Positions 16,322 through 22,290 of a stretch of DNA of 22,290 nt are shown here, in pieces. The notes below the pieces were generated by a model. The model was not told the DNA's origin and made no database searches. It saw only the letters and a list, made by a program, of their open reading frames with translations. Origin of the DNA: an uncultured archaeon (lineage in GTDB: Archaea > Asgardarchaeota > Lokiarchaeia > Sigyniarchaeales > SOKP01); the NCBI GenBank assembly GCA_964525635.1, contig CAZGJX010000073.1, positions 1 to 22,290 of the forward strand, in the 5' to 3' direction. A program made the position numbers and the translations under genes. Numbering within the stretch: the first letter of the stretch is position 1; every line of letters begins with the position of its first letter.

Positions 16322-18205
16322 ATGAAGAGATATGTATTTAAAATATTAATAGCAGGTAGTGGAGGTATTGGGAAGACAGCTTTTTTAAAAAGGTTTGAAG
16401 AAAATGTCTTTACAGAAGATTATAAAATGACTATTGGATTTGCTCTTGATATAATCCACTATACATTGGAATTAGAAGGACAAGAATCAGTGCTAATAAC
16501 TGCCCATATAATAGATTGTGGGGGTGAGGAACGTTTTCGTCATGTTGTTGAGAACCTTGCTCAAGGATGTTCTGGAGCTTTTCTAGCTGTAGATTTAACA
16601 GATTATGAGACTTTCCAAAGTGTTCCTGAATGGTTAAAAATTATAAGAAAAAATGCTGGTTTTATACCTATTTGGTTAATTGGAAATAAATGTGATATCT
16701 CTGAGGATAAATATGAAATTGAAGATGAGGTTGCAAAAGATTATGCAGAACGAGCAAAGATGGCTGGATGGATTATGACATCAGCAAAAGAGAATATTAG
16801 GATTAAAGAAGCATGGAGATCTCTTTTTAAGTCTCTTATTGAAGAAAAAGAAGACACCCCTCTTTTAATTGAAATTGATAATCCCACAGACACCAAAGAA
16901 CAATTTAAAATAAAATTAATGGATATTTGTCAGGATAAGCAAATTGTGTCTTTTCTCACTAATGTGTTTAATGCCTTTTTAGAATATAAACCTTCAGAAG
17001 CAGAAAAAATGTTTACACTTGCTCAAGTTGGTGAGGATAGAATTTTAAATGCTTCAGAGCTACTTCATTTTATTGAGCAGATCAAGCATGAAAAAAAATT
17101 CGCAGAATTATATAATGTAGGAGATTATCTTCAAGCATTGGTTCAGATCCAAATTAGTATTAGAATGAAAGATAAAAAAGAAATAATGGCAAGTAATTTA
17201 ATAGAATGTGCTAAACATCTCAAACTTGCTGGTTATGAAAAACATTCAGCAATAACATTTGTATATGCCACATGTCAATTATTAACTTCAAATCGAGAAT
17301 TATTAAACCGAAAGCTTGATGAAGATGACTTTTATATTGATTTAATTGCTGTAGATAGGGATTTAATGGCATTTCCCTTATATCTTGTAGATGCAACAGA
17401 AATCACTAATGAAGATCCGAATCCACTTATAGGATTACTGGATAACGCTAAGAAATTCGGAGAGTATTACGGAATTGATTTAGGGAAATCAATCATTAAA
17501 GCAATTAATTGGGTTGAGGATAACTTAATAAAGCCTAAAATCACTGAAATTTCGGTAGAACCTCATCGACCATCTTCGGGAGATGATGTAAAATTATTTG
17601 TTGATATTGTAAATCCTACTGCAAAAAAAACCATTATTGAACTTCATCTTAGAGCTCCATTTTTCTCTTTTCCAGAGACTCATGTAAAAGAAATAATAGA
17701 ACCTCATACATCCAAAAAGATCGAAATTTATCTTGGGATTGTAAATACAAAAAGAAGGTCTGTAATAATCTCAATTTCCCTCAATGATGAAAATGGAGTG
17801 AGGCTTTCCACAACTTCTTATGATATAGGAATAAAGCCTTTAGACGAAAAAGTTGAGATATCTGAAATACTAATCCAACCTAAAAAGTTAAGATTAGACA
17901 ATGATGCAGAAGTAGTATTAACATTAAAAAAAAATCAAGAAAACCCATTAGACCTTATAATTCGCCTAGATCCAACAGGAATGGGGCTTCCGTCTGATGA
18001 AAAAAAATTATCTATTAAAGAAAGTATGGAGAAAATCACAATGAGTATAAAAAAGGCACAGGAACTTGGTATGCAAAGAGTTCATGCAATGGTGCTAGAT
18101 AAGGAAGGAAAACTCCTAACGGATGAAACAGCATATTTTAAAATAACTCGTTCTTTAAAGAATATTATGGGAAAGATATTAAAAATAGGATTCGATAAAA
18201 TATAG
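16322..18205 (+). CDS. Rab/Ras-like small GTPase fused to a helical region and two beta-sandwich (Ig-like) domains
   Basis: G1 GSGGIGKT, G2 MTIG, G3 DCGGEERF, G4 NKCD, G5 TSAK in aa 1-175. Helical middle. Two repeats of an 'I.EI.V.P.....D...V...L.N' beta-sandwich pattern. SD GGTGA/GAGG upstream. Confidence 0.9.
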   Translation: MKRYVFKILIAGSGGIGKTAFLKRFEENVFTEDYKMTIGFALDIIHYTLELEGQESVLITAHIIDCGGEERFRHVVENLAQGCSGAFLAVDLTDYETFQSVPEWLKIIRKNAGFIPIWLIGNKCDISEDKYEIEDEVAKDYAERAKMAGWIMTSAKENIRIKEAWRSLFKSLIEEKEDTPLLIEIDNPTDTKEQFKIKLMDICQDKQIVSFLTNVFNAFLEYKPSEAEKMFTLAQVGEDRILNASELLHFIEQIKHEKKFAELYNVGDYLQALVQIQISIRMKDKKEIMASNLIECAKHLKLAGYEKHSAITFVYATCQLLTSNRELLNRKLDEDDFYIDLIAVDRDLMAFPLYLVDATEITNEDPNPLIGLLDNAKKFGEYYGIDLGKSIIKAINWVEDNLIKPKITEISVEPHRPSSGDDVKLFVDIVNPTAKKTIIELHLRAPFFSFPETHVKEIIEPHTSKKIEIYLGIVNTKRRSVIISISLNDENGVRLSTTSYDIGIKPLDEKVEISEILIQPKKLRLDNDAEVVLTLKKNQENPLDLIIRLDPTGMGLPSDEKKLSIKESMEKITMSIKKAQELGMQRVHAMVLDKEGKLLTDETAYFKITRSLKNIMGKILKIGFDKI

Positions 18206-18295
18206 GCTATATTAAGGAATATAAAGTATTAATATCTATTTAAGAATAGATACAATTTCTTTTTTAATTTTCTATTCATTTCCAAGACAGAATAA

Positions 18296-18529
18296 TTAGA
18301 TTTTCTCAAAGAGAATTAACTTCTTTACTTTAATCTAAGAGTCTTTATTTAATCCGTTTTTATATCTCTATTCAATAGTTGAGATATCTTGTGTCTCAAA
18401 TGTTAAAGCATTTAAAATCTTATTACAAGTCTTAGGTATTATTGGATTAGACAATATAAAGACGATTCTAAGCCCCTTGACCAAACTATACATGATCACA
18501 CATAATTCCTCAAAATTCCCCTTCTTATA
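18296..18529 (-). pseudogene. metG: Degenerate C-terminal (anticodon-binding) fragment of a class I aminoacyl-tRNA synthetase, most likely MetRS
   Basis: Hand translation: YKKGNFEELCVIMYSLVKGLRIVFILSNPIIPKTCNKILNALTFETQDISTIE*RYKNGLNKDS*IKVKKLILFEKI*. This resembles the MetRS pattern 'LY.L.E.LRII.ILL.P..P....KI...L...W...LF.KI', with internal TAG stops at 18370 and 18337. Confidence 0.6.
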
Positions 18530-18563
18530 CCCTGTTATAAATAAGTCTAATAACCTTTCATTA

Positions 18564-19085
18564 TTATTTCTTTTCTTCTAAAATATCTAAGACTTCAGAG
18601 ACACATCCATTTACATCTTTATTAATTTCATTTCCAGTAAAGCGAATAACTGTATAACCTTTCTTTTGTAAGAACCGTTGGCGTTCCGCATCATTGGTAC
18701 GCTGTTCTTTTGACTTATGGTATTCATGACCATCAAGCTCAACTACTACTCTTTTATCTATTACAGCAAAATCCACACGATATTGTCCAATAGGTTCTTG
18801 AGGTTTAATATCAGGAATAAGTTTTCTTGCAACTCTAAAAAATCGTTCTTCTATAGAAGATTCACATTTCTTTATTAAATCATCCTTTTCATTTAATATA
18901 TCAATTATTGAGATGTCTACGTGTAATTGAGTACCACAATTCTTACAAAATTCTTGTTCTGTAGTAGATTCATTTCCACACATCTCACAATAAATTTTAG
19001 AAGGAGTTTTTATTATTTGATCAGAACTTGCTCTTTTACTAATTAACTTATTTGTATTTCTAATATTAATCCTAGGATTGTCCAC
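18564..19085 (-). CDS. Zinc-ribbon + DUF559 (Vsr-like PD-(D/E)XK) endonuclease
   Basis: CEMC...CKNC ribbon; 'QEPIGQYRVDFA...VVELDGHEYH...DAERQRFLQKKGYTVIRF' is the DUF559 pattern. Confidence 0.85.
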   Translation of the reverse strand: MDNPRINIRNTNKLISKRASSDQIIKTPSKIYCEMCGNESTTEQEFCKNCGTQLHVDISIIDILNEKDDLIKKCESSIEERFFRVARKLIPDIKPQEPIGQYRVDFAVIDKRVVVELDGHEYHKSKEQRTNDAERQRFLQKKGYTVIRFTGNEINKDVNGCVSEVLDILEEKK

Positions 19086-19282
19086 ATTTTATTTATTTGA
19101 ATAAACGCAAAAGTGTTAATATTACTGTTATTTTTTTTACAATTCAATAAAACTTCTGTTATTTTTTCCCAGAGATTTACAGCTCTCTCAAGATTACCTT
19201 TATTATAATCGTTCCATGCATTATCGGAAATAGAATTAACTTCACTTAATAATTTTTCAAGTATATGACGATGCTCTTCTTC
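19043..19282 (-). pseudogene. Start-less open frame with a TPR-like helix pair, continuing the frame of the upstream gene past its stop
   Basis: 79 open codons: EEEHRHILEKLLSEVNSISDNAWNDYNKGNLERAVNLWEKITEVLL... Confidence 0.45.
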
Positions 19283-20176
19283 TTATATTAAGATTTCTTC
19301 CTTTTTCTGTGTAAACCTTTTACTTTTTTGTGTTTTTATTTTTATTGAAATACAAATATCCACAATTAGTATAGGTATAAATAATATAATTAGTGTTGAT
19401 GCAATCGTAATAGTAAGATCATAAATAGGAGTTCCTTGTCCAGCGCTGACTCCAATTATCATTGTAATTAAAAAGCACATCCCGTAAATAGTTAAGAGAA
19501 TATGTCTTTTTATAAATTTTGTATAATCCTCCTTCTGATCTGAAATGATTCTTGGTTCCTTAATAAAAAGACATCTCTCATCAAAATGAAGATGTGCTTT
19601 TTTTACGTTTAAATTGGGTGATTCTCCCAATTTTACACCTTTAATACACATTCGGCATATATAATCATAATTTACACTTGTTTGATTTAAAAAATCTGAA
19701 AGATAATCTAAATCACCTATAGCAGAATCAACCATTAGATTTATTCCTTCTCTTTCTCGTTTATTTTTTAGATGATAATATAAATAAATAGGGATTAAAG
19801 CAAGACCAAGTGTAAAGATAGTGAGAATACATAATACACAATAAATTAACTCTTTTTTCTTTCCTTCCTCAGTAAGACGATATCCCAATTTATAGCGCCC
19901 GTCTTTAACTCTTAAGGCAGTTCTTGGAGGATGTTTAATCTTTTGTAAGGCTAACTGTCCTTGCTGTTCAGTATTCGATATCGCTATTTGAATAGGTACT
20001 GCATACTCCATTTTATCACAGTATTCACAATAAGTAGTTCTTTCTCGATCTCTTCGTTGTTTTTCTTCTTTTGTAATGGTTCTGTTATATAATAAATGTC
20101 CACAACCTTTACATGTTATTCTGCCTTCAGAGACCTGTATGTTTTTATTACAAAATTCGCAATAATACCATACCAT
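19283..20176 (-). CDS. Multi-CxxC zinc-ribbon membrane protein
   Basis: CEFC, CKGC, CEYC and CRMC motifs plus 3 hydrophobic TM segments. Confidence 0.8.
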   Translation of the reverse strand: MVWYYCEFCNKNIQVSEGRITCKGCGHLLYNRTITKEEKQRRDRERTTYCEYCDKMEYAVPIQIAISNTEQQGQLALQKIKHPPRTALRVKDGRYKLGYRLTEEGKKKELIYCVLCILTIFTLGLALIPIYLYYHLKNKREREGINLMVDSAIGDLDYLSDFLNQTSVNYDYICRMCIKGVKLGESPNLNVKKAHLHFDERCLFIKEPRIISDQKEDYTKFIKRHILLTIYGMCFLITMIIGVSAGQGTPIYDLTITIASTLIILFIPILIVDICISIKIKTQKSKRFTQKKEEILI

Positions 20177-20388
20177 TTTAGTTAACCAATTTTTATCTTT
20201 TTTGGATTTTAAAAATTAACTATATATGATATCTATATACAATAATTTTGTTTATATATATTTTCTTTTCACGATATTCTTCTCTTGGATAAGTAAATCG
20301 TATAATATATAGTAAAATATAAAGTGAATTTTCTATTTCTAACTCATTTTTAATTTTAATATAAGTTTAAGTGAACCTTACACTATAA

Positions 20389-20856
20389 TTATCTTATCCA
20401 CCAACCTCTATTTTTTTCCTCAATTATTTCATTAATTTTATTTTGAATGAGTTCAGCTCTTTCTTGATCTTTTTGAGCTATGGAATTTTTACATATTTTT
20501 AACTGATCCTCTAATTTTGTGATTGGAATTGGAATACCATCAATAAAGCCATAGACAGGTTCATTTAACCTATGCATAAGTGATTTCCATCCATCCTTTG
20601 TCTTTACAGATAGTTCTCCCATGATCTCTACTTTTAGTAAATGCATTTTAAATTCTCCGAAATAGGATTTATAGTGGTTACCTTTTTTCCATTTAACTTT
20701 CTTTACCATGAATTTCTTTAAGACTGTATTTGATTTTAAAGCCCCCTCTTTATCAGTCAAAATATCTACATCTTTAGGTATAATATCAATATTATGAAAT
20801 GCTAAACTTGTACTTCCGATAACCATCCATTTAATTCCTGCTTCTCTAAATCTCAT
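20389..20856 (-). CDS. Nucleotidyltransferase superfamily protein (Pol-beta-like; 5' end probably further upstream)
   Basis: 'WMVIGSTSLAFHNI...PKDVDIL...VEIMG' matches hG[S]x(9-13)DhD plus a third acidic residue. Confidence 0.8.
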   Translation of the reverse strand: MRFREAGIKWMVIGSTSLAFHNIDIIPKDVDILTDKEGALKSNTVLKKFMVKKVKWKKGNHYKSYFGEFKMHLLKVEIMGELSVKTKDGWKSLMHRLNEPVYGFIDGIPIPITKLEDQLKICKNSIAQKDQERAELIQNKINEIIEEKNRGWWIR

Positions 20857-21049
20857 TTCAATTTCTTCTAATGCGCAAACATGTTCAAAAGATAATTTTA
20901 CCTTTTTTTTACCATTTCTTCTTCCAAGATATATTTTTTTTACACCTTTTTAGTTTATATGACAATATTCCATCTATATAAAAAGAAAAAAAGTGCAGAT
21001 ATTATTTTTCGGTTGAATTTAATTATCTATTAATGGATTTTTTCTTTAA

Positions 21050-21373
21050 ATGAGGATACCCATAAGATTTAGTATGAATTCAGAAGAAGTCATTTGTGAA
21101 ATTACCTTTAAAGATCCCCAATCATTTCACACGCATACGATAACAGGGAAGGTAAGAATAAAACAAATCTTTTCCTCTAATGATTCGTGGATTTCCATCT
21201 CAAACGTTTTCCGAATTAACGGAAGTTGGAAAAATGCTGAGCATACGATTCACAAGGCAAATATTTTTCAATTGACCATCCATAAGAGAAAGATCTCATA
21301 CACATTTGAAAAAGAATCGCTGGGACTGTATCAAATAATTCAAGGCAACTCCCTTATGGTACATATAAGCTAA
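21050..21373 (+). CDS. Hypothetical protein (beta-rich, 107 aa)
   Basis: ORF only; no recognised motif. Confidence 0.5.
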   Translation: MRIPIRFSMNSEEVICEITFKDPQSFHTHTITGKVRIKQIFSSNDSWISISNVFRINGSWKNAEHTIHKANIFQLTIHKRKISYTFEKESLGLYQIIQGNSLMVHIS

Positions 21374-21768
21374 AAATTGACATACTGATTATTAATGAAT
21401 GGTATACGTTTAGAAAAGGGTAAGATAAGGTATAGATAGGGTAAGTTAAAGGTAAAAAAAATAAGATATAAATATCTAGGTATTCTCTTATTATCATTTA
21501 AGGTTTTAAATATAAACTTTTCCTAAATCTTGGTCTAAATAGAATATTATCTCTTTATTGAGTAAATTTTCTTTAGAATCCCCATTCACAGAAGATAGAT
21601 TCAAAGTATCTAGTCATTATTGATGAAGATCCATTCTGCTTAGGTTGGAGTGAGTCTAAGGCAGTAATTTAATGAGATCGCTATTTTCCTATGAGTTTAA
21701 ATAGTCATTTTCAAATTATATAGTAATAAAATAAAGTAAAATTAATCTAAGAAAAGAGGTAGATAAAA

Positions 21769-21951
21769 ATGAGTAATAATATAAAAAAGAAAAGGCTCAC
21801 CCAAGAGGACATAGAAAGAATGATGGCAAATGCCCTTGTAGACGCTTATTTATCATGTCCTTATTGTGAATATGGAGACTTAGAGCCTGACTATGACACC
21901 TGTCCAGAATGCAATAAAAAAAATCCCTTGCGACAGCTTGGGATGATCTAA
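21769..21951 (+). CDS. Small zinc-finger protein (60 aa)
   Basis: CPYC...CPEC, with SD GAGGT upstream. Confidence 0.75.
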   Translation: MSNNIKKKRLTQEDIERMMANALVDAYLSCPYCEYGDLEPDYDTCPECNKKNPLRQLGMI

Positions 21952-21970
21952 TAGGGAGGGATGAGGAAAA

Positions 21971-22141
21971 ATGAAAGATTTCATAAAAGAGCAGAAAATT
22001 AAACTTGCCAAAAAACTTGAAAATAAGATCTTCTCCTATGAGGAATATCATGAGATATTGGACATAATCAATACTTTCGGTGTTGGAAAAGATGAGTTTT
22101 ATAAGGAGTTTGAAAGATTAGTATCAAAATATTTTTTATAA
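21971..22141 (+). CDS. Small hypothetical protein (56 aa), not in ORF track
   Basis: MKDFIKEQKIKLAKKLENKIFSYEEYHEILDIINTFGVGKDEFYKEFERLVSKYFL; GGAGG/GAGG upstream; operon-like spacing. Confidence 0.6.
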   Translation: MKDFIKEQKIKLAKKLENKIFSYEEYHEILDIINTFGVGKDEFYKEFERLVSKYFL

Positions 22142-22160
22142 ATTATAGAGAGGGATAAAA

Positions 22161-22290
22161 ATAAAATACCTAATATTGAATCAGGACTTACGAGAGGAGG
22201 ACTCCCTAAGAGAGTTAGAATCAAATTCGGTTCAACTAATCCTCACATCGCCCCCCTATTTTAATGTTAGGAATTACACAAAGCACTCAC
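22161..22290 (+). CDS. N-terminus of a site-specific DNA methyltransferase (beta class, N4C/N6A), runs off the window
   Basis: Hand translation IKYLILNQDLREEDSLRELESNSVQLILTSPPYFNVRNY contains catalytic motif IV SPPY in its typical N-terminal context. Start is uncertain (ATA 22161 or TTG 22176). Confidence 0.75.
   Translation, partial: MKYLILNQDLREEDSLRELESNSVQLILTSPPYFNVRNYTKHS

Noticed and set aside
818-20856. HEPN protein + nucleotidyltransferase as an MNT-HEPN toxin-antitoxin pair
   Set aside because: They are 18 kb apart, and the HEPN protein is the large ApeA-like type, not the small MNT-associated type.
21374-21768. Possible decayed coding sequence in this intergenic gap
   Set aside because: The frames I translated had multiple stops and no recognisable motif; it cannot be supported without a search.
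21797-22051. 84-aa minus-strand ORF
   Set aside because: Antisense to two plus-strand small genes that have SD motifs.
1-22290. CRISPR array, tRNA or rRNA genes
   Set aside because: No regularly spaced direct repeats, cloverleaf or rRNA-like sequence seen by eye. The GC-richer structured stretches belong to the intron.

Overview
AT-rich window that looks like an Asgard archaeon (Lokiarchaeia-like). That assignment is inferred from a Rab-like GTPase fusion, multi-TM plus winged-helix and zinc-ribbon proteins, C-terminally anchored surface proteins and GGTGA-type Shine-Dalgarno motifs. The centre is a nested mobile element. A complete group II intron (12712-15023, minus strand, chloroplast-like/IIB type, RT-maturase without endonuclease domain) sits in phase 0 next to the first catalytic Asp of a DDE transposase. 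Splicing in silico restores a 455-aa transposase inside an IS with imperfect terminal inverted repeats (about 11821-15758). To the left are an ApeA-like HEPN protein, two surface proteins, and a 9-TM membrane-tethered double winged-helix regulator facing a divergent M50-like (HExxH) membrane protease. To the right are a 627-aa Rab-like GTPase + helical solenoid + 2x beta-sandwich fusion, whose architecture recalls the TRAPP large subunits, a DUF559 nuclease and a nucleotidyltransferase. The ORF track misses several elements: a Cys-rich small ORF with an in-frame TGA, a decayed methionyl-tRNA synthetase C-terminal fragment, an open TPR-like frame between two genes, a 56-aa ORF, and the start of a TSPPY-type DNA methyltransferase at the window edge. 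All family calls come from motif recognition by eye; no database searches were run.
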